Virus record (IMG/VR): IMGVR_UViG_3300025466_000014
DNA length: 64,000 nt
Direction: 5' to 3' (one strand)
Source: a virus
Shown here: in pieces, positions 1 through 10,822 of the stretch
How the letters are laid out: each line of letters opens with the position of its first letter
Position numbering within the stretch: position 1 is the stretch's first letter
Made by a program: the position numbers and the translations under genes
The notes under the pieces: model-generated
The model's database searches: none
Told to the model about the DNA's origin: nothing
What the model saw: only the letters and a program-made list of their open reading frames with translations

Positions 1-3000
1 CCGTACTACCTATAGTAACAGAACTATTGGTTAGTGCGGTATTAGGGATGCCCGTAAAGTTAGTACCTGTTAGAGTTGGTGTAGTGCTAAAGGCAGGGAT
101 AGCAGAAGCAGAGCCAACTAGTACACCCGCAGCACCCGCTGTAACAGCAGGAGTTCCTGTTGCACCAGTTGTAACCACGCCGTAGTTAGCAGTGGCTACA
201 AATCCTGTTGTGGAAGCTGCTGTTTGATAGTGAAGCTGATTAGCTGCTCCACCAGCTACGTTAGTTGCCGTCCCCGCGTTGCCTGTAACTGAGCCTGCAA
301 TAGCGGCAGTTACTGTTAGCCCTGTTAAAGTGCCAACAGACGTTATGTTCGGTTGTGCTGCTGTCGTAACAGTACCAGCAGTACTTGCTGTGGTCGCTGT
401 CGCAGCGTTACCCCCAATTGAAAGATTAGCTACTGGTGTGGTAGAGGTGACAACAAACGGGGCAGTGCCTGTTGCTAACGTGGACGTTAGTTGTCCACTC
501 ATAGAAAGTGTGGTCAATCCAGCCAATGCGGTTGCGGTTGTGCCTAGCGCAACCGTAGTTGAACCAATAGTAACAGAGCTGTTAGTCAGTGCTGTATTTG
601 GTATACCTGTAAAGTTAGTACCAGTCAGAGTAGGCGATGTTGAGAAAGTAGGTATCGCTGCCGCGGAGCCGACTAAGACGCCAGCGGCGCCTGCTGTGAC
701 GGCGGGTACACCCGTAGCAGAAGTTGTCACCACGCCGTAGTTAGCAGTAGTAACAAATGAAGTAGCGCCAGCGCCAGTTTGATAAACTAACTGATTTGCA
801 GCACCGCCCGAAATTGCGGTAGCAGCAGACGCCGTAGCCGCATTGCCTCCAATTGATAAGTTGGCGACAGGAGTAGTTGAAGTAATAACAAAAGGTGCCG
901 TACCTGTCGCAAGAGTGGACGTAACCTGACCTGACGCAGACAGAGTGCCAGTGGCTACTGAGGTTAAACCTGCAAGAGTAGTTGAAGTTGCACCTAACGG
1001 TATTGCGGTGGAACCAATAGTTACGGAGCTATTGGTTAGTGCAGTATTAGCAATACCTGAAAGTGTGCCTCCCAAAGTCAAGCTACCGGTCGTTGTCACA
1101 GTACCTGTAAGGGTTAGTCCGTTAACAGTACCAGTGCCTGCTACAGAAGTTACTGTACCGCTACCACCTAGAGCAGCCCAGGTAAACGCTGAGCCTGTCC
1201 ACTGTAGGTAAGTAGACGCTATTGTTGGTGCGGCAACAAAACTCGAAGCACCTGCACCTGTTTGGTAATGCAATTGATTAGCAGCACCGCCCGCCAACGC
1301 CGTTGCTGTTCCAGCATTGCCACTTACTGATCCTGTGATAGTTCCGGTTACAGTTAGTCCAGTAAGTGTTCCAACAGACGTGATTGACGGCTGTGCCGCA
1401 GTCGTTACAGTACCAGCAGTTGTAGCAGTTGCGGCGTTACCGCCTATTGAAAGATTAGCTACTGGCGTGGTGGAAGTAACAACAAAAGGTGCAGTACCGG
1501 TGGCCAGTGTTGAAGTAATTTGTCCACTAGCGGCTAAAGTGCCAGTACCAACTGAGGTTAAGCCTGCAAGAGTGGTAGCAGTCGCTCCAAGAGAAACCGC
1601 AGTTGAACCAATAGTAACAGAACTGTTAGTCAGAGCGGTATTAGCAATACCTGAGAGTGAACCGCCTAAGGTCAGAGAGCCTGTTGTCGTTACCGTGCCA
1701 GTTAGAGTAAGGCCGTTTACTGTCCCTGTGCCGCCTACTGAGGTTACTGTACCACTGCCGCCACCTGCCGCCGCCCACGTAAAAGCAGAACCAGTCCACT
1801 GTAGGTACGTGGATGCTACTGTAGGTGCTGCAACAAATGCGGTTGTAGAAGCCGCTGTCTGATAGTGAAGTTGATTAGCGGCTCCACCTGAGACATTAGT
1901 AGCAGTCGCCGCATTACCGTTAATTGAACCACTAATAGTTCCCGTTACTGTCAAACCTGTTAGAGTACCTACTGAGGTAATATTAGGTTGTGCGGCAGTT
2001 GTTACCGTACCAGCAGTACCTGCGGAGGTTGCTGCACCAGACAAAGAACCTACAAAGGTAGTTGAGGTTACCGACGTTAAACCTGCTAAAGTGGTAGCCG
2101 AGGAGCCTAAGGAGATAGCAGTTGAACCAATGGTAACAGAGCTGTTTGTCAGTGCTGTATTTGGTATTGACGTTAGACTAGCGCCGGAACCAATAAAGGA
2201 AGCCGCAGTCATTGCCCCGCTAATCGTTACAGCGGAAGGAAGGCTTAGAGTAATTGCACCAGTCGAAGCCGATGCTGTAATCTGATTAGCTGTTCCGGTT
2301 AGGGAAGTAACGCCTGATTTACCGTCTACATAAGACTTAGAAGCTGCGTCAGAAGCATTTACTGGAGTAGGCAATCCTGTTACGGTGTGTACCGCGTCAA
2401 AAGTTAGGTTACCTGTTAAAGATGAACCAGTTACAGATACAGGAGTGTAACCTAAAGCTGTTGTTATGTCTGTTGAAGTTACTGCGGTAGAAGCAGTTAC
2501 CAAACCTTTAGCATTAGTAGTAATTTTTTGAAAGGCTGCGGTTACAGGAGCCGCATTAACCGTCGCTAATGTAAGAACTAGACCAACCGCAGACGAACCG
2601 TTAAAACTAACGTTAGGCGCGGTAGCATCGCCAGACGTTATTCCAATATTTTGAGCATTTAAAAGATTGGTAGCTGTTGCTGCGTTACCTGTTATAGACA
2701 ATCCAGATACAGGAGTGGTGGACGCTACAATAAAAGGGGCAGTACCTGTTGCGACAGTCGAAGTAATTTGTCCACTGGCGGATAGAGTACCTGTACTAAC
2801 TGCGGTTAGTCCACCCAACGTAGTTGTCGTAGCTCCTAAAGATAAGGAAGTAGACCCAATGGTAACTGAGCTATTGGTTAGTGCAGCATTTGAAATACCT
2901 GAGAGTGAGCCGCCTAAGGTCAGAGAACCTGTTGACGTTACCGTTCCTGTCAAGGTTAATCCGCTAACAGTACCAGTGCCTGCTACTGAGGTTACCGTAC

Positions 3001-3751
3001 CTCCTCCTGAACTAGGGGTAAATCCAAGAGCGTTGGTAACATCTAAAGACGTTAACGTAACTGCGCCTACGCGCGTATTAAAACTTGATACGCTATTAGC
3101 GCCCCCTGTAGGCTGTGCCCAAGTAGGCAGACCACCCGACAAGGTTAAAACATAACCGTTAGTGCCTGCAGCCAGCATGGCCGTAGTATCTGCTGCTACC
3201 TGATATGGAATAGAACCTACACCTCCGTGTGCAATGTTAGTTGCAATAAGAGAGGTTGTAGAGTTACCTACCAAAGAACCTACAAAGGTAGTTGAGGTTA
3301 CCGACGTTAAACCTGCTAACGTCGTTGCAGAAGAGCCTAGCGCAATCTGTGTCGAACCTAAGGTGACAGAGCTATTGGTCAGGGCTGTATTTGGGATACT
3401 AGAAAAATTAGTACCCGTTAAAGCAGGTGCTGTAGACCACGTTGGGACACCTGCAGTTTCAGCCAAAACACCTGTACCTTGCGGCAAAAAGGCAGTAACC
3501 CCTACGCCTGTCTGGTAGGGGATAGAGTTTGCCGTTCCAGCCGCAAGATTACTTGCAAGCTGAATAGTGCTGGTTGTACTTAATAACGTTCCCGAAGTTG
3601 GGAACGTTATGTTAGTCGGGCCAGTTGTGGTTAGCGTTAAATCAAAAGCACCTGCTTGACTTAAAGAAGAACCTGCTGCCCCTATGTTAGTTATGCTTAA
3701 GCCGCCAGCGTCAATTCCGTTCTTGGCTTTAAATCTTGTTGCAATACTCAT
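1..3751 (-). CDS. Giant repetitive tail fibre-like structural protein, >1250 aa, 3' end beyond the left window edge
   Basis: ATG at 3751-3749 with AGGA RBS upstream. I translated stretches by hand (MSIATRFKAKNGIDAGG...IPNTALTNSSVTIGST at position 1); the frame is open wherever checked and is the same at both ends. Shares GGAANQLHYQT / TNSSVTIGST repeats with 4199-9301. Absent from the ORF track because there is no stop in the window. Confidence 0.85.
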   Translation of the reverse strand, partial: MSIATRFKAKNGIDAGGLSITNIGAAGSSLSQAGAFDLTLTTTGPTNITFPTSGTLLSTTSTIQLASNLAAGTANSIPYQTGVGVTAFLPQGTGVLAETAGVPTWSTAPALTGTNFSSIPNTALTNSSVTLGSTQIALGSSATTLAGLTSVTSTTFVGSLVGNSTTSLIATNIAHGGVGSIPYQVAADTTAMLAAGTNGYVLTLSGGLPTWAQPTGGANSVSSFNTRVGAVTLTSLDVTNALGFTPSSGGGTVTSVAGTGTVSGLTLTGTVTSTGSLTLGGSLSGISNAALTNSSVTIGSTSLSLGATTTTLGGLTAVSTGTLSASGQITSTVATGTAPFIVASTTPVSGLSITGNAATATNLLNAQNIGITSGDATAPNVSFNGSSAVGLVLTLATVNAAPVTAAFQKITTNAKGLVTASTAVTSTDITTALGYTPVSVTGSSLTGNLTFDAVHTVTGLPTPVNASDAASKSYVDGKSGVTSLTGTANQITASASTGAITLSLPSAVTISGAMTAASFIGSGASLTSIPNTALTNSSVTIGSTAISLGSSATTLAGLTSVTSTTFVGSLSGAATSAGTAGTVTTAAQPNITSVGTLTGLTVTGTISGSINGNAATATNVSGGAANQLHYQTAASTTAFVAAPTVASTYLQWTGSAFTWAAAGGGSGTVTSVGGTGTVNGLTLTGTVTTTGSLTLGGSLSGIANTALTNSSVTIGSTAVSLGATATTLAGLTSVGTGTLAASGQITSTLATGTAPFVVTSTTPVANLSIGGNAATATTAGTVTTAAQPSITSVGTLTGLTVTGTITGSVSGNAGTATALAGGAANQLHYQTGAGASSFVAAPTIASTYLQWTGSAFTWAALGGSGTVTSVAGTGTVNGLTLTGTVTTTGSLTLGGTLSGIANTALTNSSVTIGSTAIPLGATSTTLAGLTSVATGTLSASGQVTSTLATGTAPFVITSTTPVANLSIGGNAATASAATAISGGAANQLVYQTGAGATSFVTTANYGVVTTSATGVPAVTAGAAGVLVGSAAAIPTFSTSPTLTGTNFTGIPNTALTNSSVTIGSTTVALGTTATALAGLTTLSMSGQLTSTLATGTAPFVVTSTTPVANLSIGGNAATATTASTAGTVTTAAQPNITSVGTLTGLTVTAAIAGSVTGNAGTATNVAGGAANQLHYQTAASTTGFVATANYGVVTTGATGTPAVTAGAAGVLVGSASAIPAFSTTPTLTGTNFTGIPNTALTNSSVTIGST

Positions 3752-3802
3752 ATTGTTTCCTAGTAAGGATTATCATTATTAAATTACAACGTGTTTAGGT
3801 AA

Positions 3803-4180
3803 TTATAGGGATGCACCTAGCGTCCACAAGGCATTCAGTTGCAGATAGGATTGACCAAGAGCATCTCCCATGGCTATCACTTCGGGGTGATTACGTTCAA
3901 AGGTTAGAGAAAATTCCCACCAATCTTTTAGATCTCTATCGTTGGAAGCCGCAATTGCTGCCTCAACCTCGTCTCGAAGGCCTACACGGCTAAGCGCCAT
4001 GCGTATTTGTCTAGGAGTCAAGTCCGCATAGGCTACTGGTAGTGGGTCTGCGGGATCTGGAGTATTACCTTGAGCTAACCAGTCAACGTAGGCTACGTAC
4101 TCTGCATTTTCCATACTTTGTGGAAAATACGTTGAGGTATTCACGTGAAAAATCATTGGTGAATTTGTTAGTTTGTACAT
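3803..4180 (-). CDS. Putative tail fibre assembly/chaperone protein
   Basis: 125 aa directly downstream of a fibre gene. TPRQIRMAL...WWEFS..FERNHP..IAMG.ALG pattern resembles phage fibre-chaperone-like proteins (recalled, not searched). Confidence 0.6.
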   Translation of the reverse strand: MYKLTNSPMIFHVNTSTYFPQSMENAEYVAYVDWLAQGNTPDPADPLPVAYADLTPRQIRMALSRVGLRDEVEAAIAASNDRDLKDWWEFSLTFERNHPEVIAMGDALGQSYLQLNALWTLGASL

Positions 4181-4198
4181 CTTAAAACTCCTCTATTA

Positions 4199-7100
4199 CT
4201 AGACAAACTCTGCCGTTACTAAATACGTATCTGTTCTTTGAGACCTTAACCCTGCCGTATTAGTAATTATGTTAAATGACACAGCTAAGTTACTCACGTT
4301 TAAGGGGCCTAAAAAGTTAATGTTTGTGTTAACTGTGTTTGTTAAAAAAGTAATGGCTTGCGTAGCGGTTCGCATTGGCACTGGCAAACTTACGGGAATA
4401 ACAAACGTCTGTGTTGCAACGGTTGCGTACATGTCAAACACCAAAGTTATAGGTACGGCATACCGGTAACACTCTTTGAGACTATCTGAAACAGATTTAA
4501 ACTCAAAAAGAGTGGCTTTTGTGCCTAGCTCTAGTTGAACGTTTGCAAAGATCACAGATTGACCCGCGGCAAGAGTCGGGCCAGCTCCATAAAATATTGA
4601 TACCATAAGGCCTGTCGTTGCCGCCGCCGGAACAGTAAAAGTCTTTACTACCTGCGTCCATGTAGACGTTGGTATGGTAACCCCGCCCGTACTGCTTATT
4701 AGCGTGGTCGACGTAAACACGTCTGTGGAGTTTGCGTAAGACAAGGCGTCGTTTGGCGTAATGGAAGCACCTGTAGTTTGGTACACCCAATAACTTAAAG
4801 TTACCGATTGTCCTGCCATATCTCGACAATTCAAAGATTCAATTTTTTGCGAAAGAACAAAAGACGTGGCAGTTGCTGAACCTGTTATCTGTAAAACGTT
4901 TACATAAACAGAACCAGGCAGTAAGTTGGTAGTTTGTGACCAGGCGTTACCGGTACCGCCTGAGGCGAGTTGCCAACGATCGCAAACATAGACAAGACCA
5001 GTACCAGTAGTTCCCGAAGTTGCTCTTTGCGAAACCTTAAAATCGCCATTGATAATGCGATTACGTGAACCAGACAAAGAACCGCTGTTAATCGAAGTTA
5101 TGGCAGACAAAGAAGTAATGTCCGAGTTAGCTCCCGATGCTGCTCCTCCTGAGGCAACCCAAGCAAAGGCAGAACCAGTCCACTGCAAATAGGTAGAAGC
5201 AACGCTTGGGGCAGTTATAAACCCTGTTGTACTTGCACCTGTTTGATAGTGAAGTTGATTTGCTACTCCGCCAGCCACGTTAGTAGCCGTATTTGCATTG
5301 CCACTTACCGAGCCTGTGATGGTACCGGTTACTGTCAAGCCTGTTAGAGTACCTACTGAGGTAATATTAGGCTGAGCCGCCGTTGCCAAAGTACCGGTTA
5401 ACGTTGTTGCATTGACTGAAGTTAAGCCTGCTAAGGCTGTTGCAGTAGCACCTAGTGTGACTGCCGTACTACCTATAGTAACAGAACTATTGGTTAAACC
5501 TGTATTTGGAATACCAGTAAAGTTAGTACCTGTTAGAGTTGGTGTAGTGCTAAAGGCCGGTATGGCGCTCGCAGAACCGACTAAGACACCAGCAGCACCG
5601 GCCGTTACAGCTGGCGCGCCAGTTGGACCAGTTGTAACCACGCCGTAGTTAGCAGTAGGCACGAAACCTGTTGTAGAAGCCGCTGTTTGATAGTGAAGTT
5701 GATTAGCGGCTCCGCCAGCTACGTTAGTTGCAGAAAGCGCACCAACAGCCGTACCGTTAATTGAACCACTAATAGTTCCCGTTACTGTCAAACCTGTTAG
5801 AGTACCTACTGAGGTAATATTAGGCTGAGCCGCCGTTGCCAAAGTACCGGTTAATGTCGTGGCTGTAAGGGCAGTTAAACCTGCAATTGTTGTCGCTGTA
5901 GCTCCCAAGGCAATTGCGGTACTACCTACGGTAACAGAACTGTTTGTCAGTGCTGTATTTGGAATACCAGTAAAGTTGGTACCAGTCAAAGTAGGAGTTG
6001 TCGACCATGTGGGTACTGCGCTCGCAGAACCGACTAACACGCCAGCAGCACCAGCAGTTACCTGAGGTACACCTGTAGAAGATGTAGTTACTACCCCGTA
6101 GTTTGCGGTAGTAACAAACCCTGTTGTACTTGCACCTGTTTGATAGTGAAGTTGATTTGCTACTCCGCCAGCCACGTTAGTAGCCGTATTTGCATTGCCT
6201 GTAAGAGCGCCAGTAAAAGTCGTAGCACTAACTGAGGTCAAACCACTTATGGTTGTAGGTAGGCTTAGGGTAACTGCGCCAGTAGACGCAGAAACTGTAA
6301 TCTGATTTGCTGTACCAGTTAATGAGGTAACGCCTAGGTTAGTAACAATGTTACCAGCCAAAGAAATACCTGTACCTGCGGTGTACGTTGCGCTACCGCC
6401 TGAAAACTGCACAAACGTAATTGCGGTTGTTCCAATTGTTGGGTTAAGAGCTGTTTGCGTCCAGCTGGTGTAAATGTTTACGGTACCGTTATTGACGTTT
6501 ACAGACGCGTTGTTAAAAGCCGCTGAGGTGTTTTGATCTGTACTTCGAGTTAGTACCCAGGCAACAGACGCACTACCTACCGTTGTTACTGTGTAAATAC
6601 CGTTTTGAAAAGCCGTAGTTTGATTTTTTATCAAAATACGGTCATTCAATAAAGCTGTGTACCCGTCAATCACAAATGTAGCTAAAGCACCTGCGTTAGT
6701 TAACGTTGCGCCTACTCCCGATGCACCGTTAGAGTAAGTCGCTGTCAAGTTAGCAGTAGACGCTGCCGCTACGGCGCTCTTCCAGGTTAAACCTGCCAGC
6801 GATGAGTCTACATAAGACTTAGGTGCAGCGTCAGAAGCATTTACTGGAGTGGGTAAACCAGTAATCGTGTGCGTACCGTCAAAGGTCAGCGTTCCGGTTA
6901 AAGACGAGCCTGTCGTTGACACAGGAGTGTAACCTAGCGCCGTTGTAATGTCCGCAGGGACAACCGCCGAAGTTGCGGTCACCAAACCCTTAGCGTTAGT
7001 TGTTACTTTCTGAAAAGAGGCAATAACAGGACTGGCGTTAACTGTTGCTAACGTAAAAGCTAAAGCAACAGGCGCAGAACCATTAAAGGTAACAGCACCT

Positions 7101-9301
7101 GTTGTACCATCTCCTGAGGCAATGCTAATGTTTTGAGCTGTCTGCAGAGTGGTAGCCGTACTTGCATTGCCTGTCAAAGCACCAGTAAAAGTCGTAGCAC
7201 TAACCGAAGTTAGGCCCGTCAGCGTTGTCGTGAATGCAGGTACCGCAAAAGCGGAACCGACCAATACTCCAGCTGCACCAGCAGTTACCTGAGGTACCCC
7301 TGTAGAAGACGTAGTTACTACACCGTAGTTGGCAGTATTGACAAATCCAGATACGCCTGCAGCGGTTTGATAGTGCAATTGGTTAGCAGCACCACCTGCT
7401 AAAGACGTGGCTAATGCCGCAGTCAAATTAGCAACAGGGGTGGTTGAGGACACTACAAAAGGTGCTGTACCAGTAGCGACTGTAGATGTTAGCTGACCAG
7501 AGGCGGACAAAGTCGTAAACGCACCGGTACCAGTATGGTTACCAGTTAACGTTGTTGCACTAACCGAAGTTAAGCCTGCAAGAGTGGTAGCAGTCGCTCC
7601 AAGAGAAACCGCAGTTGAACCAATAGTAACAGAACTGTTAGTCAGAGCGGTATTAGCAATACCTGTAAAGTTGGTACCCGTCAGAGTAGGTGCTGTAGTA
7701 AATGACGGTACCGCAGAAGCTGAACCTACCAATACTCCAGCAGCACCAGCGGTAACAGCAGGTACACCTGTCGCGCCAGTGGTTAATACCCCGTAGTTGG
7801 CAGTAGGCACAAAATTAGATACACCTGCGCCTGTTTGATAAACTAACTGGTTAGCAGCACCGCCAGCAACGGACGTAGCTAAAGCCGCAGTTCCGCCTAT
7901 AGACAAACTAGGTGCTGTTCCACTCAAACTAGCGCCGGAACCAATAAAGGAAGCCGCAGTCATTGCCCCGCTAATCGTTACAGCGGAAGGAAGGCTTAGA
8001 GTAGTTGCGCCTGAAACCGTAGACGCGTTAATCTGATTAGCCGTTCCAGAAACAGATAACACACCTGTATTGTTAATTACTTTACCAACAACGTTTATTC
8101 CTGTTCCTGAAGTAAAGGCGGCTGCTGCATCAACATAGGACTTAGAAACAAGGTCATTAGGGTTTACCGGTGTACCGCTGTTAGTGGGAGTAAAACCACC
8201 TAGGTTAAGAAATCCAGATAAAGTTCCACCAGTAAGCGGCAAATTGCCTGACGCAACTCCTGTTAGAGCACCAGTAAATGCACCAGTAAAGTTTGTAGAA
8301 CTTACCGACGTTAAACCTGTTAACGTCGTTGAGGCTGTGCCTAGGAAAATTGAGGTAGTTCCTATTGTTACCGTATTGCTAACTAGGGCGTTAACTGGGA
8401 CGCCTGAAAAATTAGTACCTGTTAGAGTTGGTGTGTTAGTCCAAGAAGGAGTCGCCCCGGAGACTAGAACTTGACTACTAGTACCGGCCGGCAGCAAAGA
8501 TGTTATGCTAGGTCCTGACTGATAAGGCAAAGAACCAGCCGCACCGCTAGACAAGTTGGCTACCGACCCTGCCATAGCCACAATGTTTGTAAAGGCAGAG
8601 ACATCATTAGATGCCATTACTGCTTTTACTTGAGTGCCGGGATTAGGCGCAGTAACTAAGAGTTGCATCAACGGGCCAGCAAGCTGAACGTCGAACGTCG
8701 CAAGGGCTGCACCAGAAGTGCTAACGCTGTTAATTTCGTTTACCCAGACATTAGTGCCGTCCTGAACTACAATTATGTCGGATATCTGATAGTAACCATT
8801 GTAGTAAACCTGCAGGCTGTAGTAGGCAGAACGATATTGATCCAAAGGAACAGAGTCGGCGATTTCAGGCGTGCCTAAAGTCTTTGTGACATACTTTATG
8901 ACTCGCGTAATAGAGCTATCTGTTAAAGCAGTTGTGGTTACGGTAGGTGTAGATGCCTTAAAGCTCATTACCGCAGGCGGCACAGTAGAGTACGCAACCT
9001 TAATGGTACCTGTAAAAGATGTCTCAATAGTAACAGACTGCGCTAGATTGTCAGATACAAACAGTTGATTTACGGTTATTGGAGAACCGGAATCAAAAGT
9101 AAGCATTAACGGTTGTGGTGTGTAGACCAGAAAACTGTTGATCGCTTCTGTTATGACTAGCGGCGTACCTGCTGTAACCGAAAGCGTTTCACTTATTGCG
9201 GTTTCACAAAATTCTGTTCGTACAAGGTTTACCGCAGCTAGATTGTTAGAGCTGCTGGTTGCGTTTACCGAAAAGCGTAGTTGATTGGCGGTTGCACTCA
9301 T
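4199..9301 (-). CDS. Long tail fibre-like protein (1700 aa) with internal repeats and a C-terminal receptor-binding-like domain
   Basis: T/G/A/S-rich repeats. C-terminal RNRIINGDFKVSQR motif typical of phage fibre tips. Followed by a chaperone-like gene. Confidence 0.8.
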   Translation of the reverse strand: MSATANQLRFSVNATSSSNNLAAVNLVRTEFCETAISETLSVTAGTPLVITEAINSFLVYTPQPLMLTFDSGSPITVNQLFVSDNLAQSVTIETSFTGTIKVAYSTVPPAVMSFKASTPTVTTTALTDSSITRVIKYVTKTLGTPEIADSVPLDQYRSAYYSLQVYYNGYYQISDIIVVQDGTNVWVNEINSVSTSGAALATFDVQLAGPLMQLLVTAPNPGTQVKAVMASNDVSAFTNIVAMAGSVANLSSGAAGSLPYQSGPSITSLLPAGTSSQVLVSGATPSWTNTPTLTGTNFSGVPVNALVSNTVTIGTTSIFLGTASTTLTGLTSVSSTNFTGAFTGALTGVASGNLPLTGGTLSGFLNLGGFTPTNSGTPVNPNDLVSKSYVDAAAAFTSGTGINVVGKVINNTGVLSVSGTANQINASTVSGATTLSLPSAVTISGAMTAASFIGSGASLSGTAPSLSIGGTAALATSVAGGAANQLVYQTGAGVSNFVPTANYGVLTTGATGVPAVTAGAAGVLVGSASAVPSFTTAPTLTGTNFTGIANTALTNSSVTIGSTAVSLGATATTLAGLTSVSATTLTGNHTGTGAFTTLSASGQLTSTVATGTAPFVVSSTTPVANLTAALATSLAGGAANQLHYQTAAGVSGFVNTANYGVVTTSSTGVPQVTAGAAGVLVGSAFAVPAFTTTLTGLTSVSATTFTGALTGNASTATTLQTAQNISIASGDGTTGAVTFNGSAPVALAFTLATVNASPVIASFQKVTTNAKGLVTATSAVVPADITTALGYTPVSTTGSSLTGTLTFDGTHTITGLPTPVNASDAAPKSYVDSSLAGLTWKSAVAAASTANLTATYSNGASGVGATLTNAGALATFVIDGYTALLNDRILIKNQTTAFQNGIYTVTTVGSASVAWVLTRSTDQNTSAAFNNASVNVNNGTVNIYTSWTQTALNPTIGTTAITFVQFSGGSATYTAGTGISLAGNIVTNLGVTSLTGTANQITVSASTGAVTLSLPTTISGLTSVSATTFTGALTGNANTATNVAGGVANQLHYQTGASTTGFVTTANYGVVTTSSTGVPQVTAGAAGVLVGSASAVPTWSTTPTLTGTNFTGIPNTALTNSSVTVGSTAIALGATATTIAGLTALTATTLTGTLATAAQPNITSVGTLTGLTVTGTISGSINGTAVGALSATNVAGGAANQLHYQTAASTTGFVPTANYGVVTTGPTGAPAVTAGAAGVLVGSASAIPAFSTTPTLTGTNFTGIPNTGLTNSSVTIGSTAVTLGATATALAGLTSVNATTLTGTLATAAQPNITSVGTLTGLTVTGTITGSVSGNANTATNVAGGVANQLHYQTGASTTGFITAPSVASTYLQWTGSAFAWVASGGAASGANSDITSLSAITSINSGSLSGSRNRIINGDFKVSQRATSGTTGTGLVYVCDRWQLASGGTGNAWSQTTNLLPGSVYVNVLQITGSATATSFVLSQKIESLNCRDMAGQSVTLSYWVYQTTGASITPNDALSYANSTDVFTSTTLISSTGGVTIPTSTWTQVVKTFTVPAAATTGLMVSIFYGAGPTLAAGQSVIFANVQLELGTKATLFEFKSVSDSLKECYRYAVPITLVFDMYATVATQTFVIPVSLPVPMRTATQAITFLTNTVNTNINFLGPLNVSNLAVSFNIITNTAGLRSQRTDTYLVTAEFV

Positions 9302-9371
9302 GCTTATGCCCTTTGTGTTTTACTTCTATTAAATTACTTCAGGTAGTTATACGATATTCAAATAAACGGCA

Positions 9372-9416
9372 AAAGCCTTAGCCTCAAAACAAGAAATGTT
9401 AAGGAGCTAAGGCTTT
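9372..9416 (-). terminator. Probable intrinsic terminator hairpin
   Basis: aaagccttagc...gctaaggcttt 11-bp inverted repeat in the gap downstream of 9432-10820; large loop. Confidence 0.5.
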
Positions 9417-9431
9417 AAAGTCTGTGTTAAT

Positions 9432-10820
9432 TTAGTATCCCCGAAGTGCAAAATTGCCGGCTTGAAACCTAGGATTTGGGAACGGCACAGAATGATAAGG
9501 GTCTCCATAATTAGCCGTAGAACAATATATGTTACCAGAAGAATCTGTAGGGTAGATTATTGCGTAACTGTTAATAGCGGCACCGTAGTTTCCGTCTGAG
9601 GCAGCGTACCCAAACCCCATGCAGGCATCTGTTGTCTGAGGAGGAAAATTATTGGCGGTTACTAAACTGCAAGTTTGTTGCCCAATGCCTACTGACGGAG
9701 TAGAGCCTGTTACGAGCGGCCATTTAACCAAGAGGGGACTCTTGGAACCTAAGGGCCCATCTGCAGAAAAGGCATTATCCAAGACCCAACCTGAGCCGTC
9801 TTTGGAGTAGTAAGACCAACCGTCTAAACTCGACTGAACAATGTAGTAGTCATTAGGATAGTAATAGGACTGCCACGCAATACCAACAATATCAAAACTT
9901 GAATAGACAGGTAACGTTAATTGCTTCCAGGTTGCGCCTGCGTCGTAAGAAATTAAAACAAAATTAACAGGTGCTCCAGTAGAATCAGAAACACAGCCAA
10001 GTATTACCGTTTGACCTGACCCTTGAATACCGCCATTACGCGAAACTTGACCCCATTTGTAAGTTTTTCCCGCAGGCACGGGCAAAGTTGTTTTTGACCA
10101 GGTCTGACTAGCAATGTTGTAATGGAAAATATAATTTGAGCCTGCACCGTTTACTCCGTTAGTTACAACCAAAAACTCATAACTGTTATTACCAGAAAGG
10201 TATGTCACATCAACAAACTGGTGTACGTTACCTCCGTCTATTGGGCTGGCGGTCCAGGTTCTTGCAGCGTCAGATGCGGCGGGCAAGCTTATTGCAACGT
10301 TAGCCCCTGTTTCAGGAATGGCTATAATGTTGCCGTTAATAGCTTGATCTACTTCCATTTTTCGGTAGTCTTGGATTAAGACTCCTGTAGGCGACGGACC
10401 TGTTGACCAACCTCCGTAAATATTTGTTGCGTAATGAAAGCTGTTAGCTTGCAATGCGTAGCCTAAATACGTTGTGTTTTGAGAGATTTGTGGCTGAGTC
10501 AATCTTACGCATACTGCCTTGTAGGGTTTACCATTTGAAGGCACACCTAGATTTGTCCCGCCGCCGGAGGCAAAAGCCGGCACGCTTAAAGCCTTTATTA
10601 AAGGCCGCAGTGTTGTGTCCATTGGAAAGTCTTGCGATCTAAACATTCCTGCTGGCAACGGAGTTAGATTTGAATTAAAGGCTTCGTGCAAAAGAGTTAG
10701 AGACCCAACAGGAGAGTATCCTGGTTGAGAGGACAAATTCTGTTTTAAATAATTTTTGACCCACTGTTTAGTTGCATACTTTAGAAAAGAAGCTGCCTTG
10801 GCAAAGTAAGTTAAGTCCAT
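9432..10820 (-). CDS. Putative virion appendage protein with BNR/Asp-box-like motifs
   Basis: 462 aa, beta-rich. SYDAGATW and YSKDGSGW resemble Asp-box (S-x-D-x-G-x-T-W) propeller motifs. Lies in the tail cluster. Confidence 0.5.
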   Translation of the reverse strand: MDLTYFAKAASFLKYATKQWVKNYLKQNLSSQPGYSPVGSLTLLHEAFNSNLTPLPAGMFRSQDFPMDTTLRPLIKALSVPAFASGGGTNLGVPSNGKPYKAVCVRLTQPQISQNTTYLGYALQANSFHYATNIYGGWSTGPSPTGVLIQDYRKMEVDQAINGNIIAIPETGANVAISLPAASDAARTWTASPIDGGNVHQFVDVTYLSGNNSYEFLVVTNGVNGAGSNYIFHYNIASQTWSKTTLPVPAGKTYKWGQVSRNGGIQGSGQTVILGCVSDSTGAPVNFVLISYDAGATWKQLTLPVYSSFDIVGIAWQSYYYPNDYYIVQSSLDGWSYYSKDGSGWVLDNAFSADGPLGSKSPLLVKWPLVTGSTPSVGIGQQTCSLVTANNFPPQTTDACMGFGYAASDGNYGAAINSYAIIYPTDSSGNIYCSTANYGDPYHSVPFPNPRFQAGNFALRGY

Positions 10821-10822
10821 GA

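Noticed and set aside
279-8474. Many plus-strand V/P/A/T-rich ORFs (279-740, 1317-1862, 2667-3155 etc.)
   Set aside because: They are codon-for-codon antisense shadows of the repetitive minus-strand fibre genes and have no RBS.
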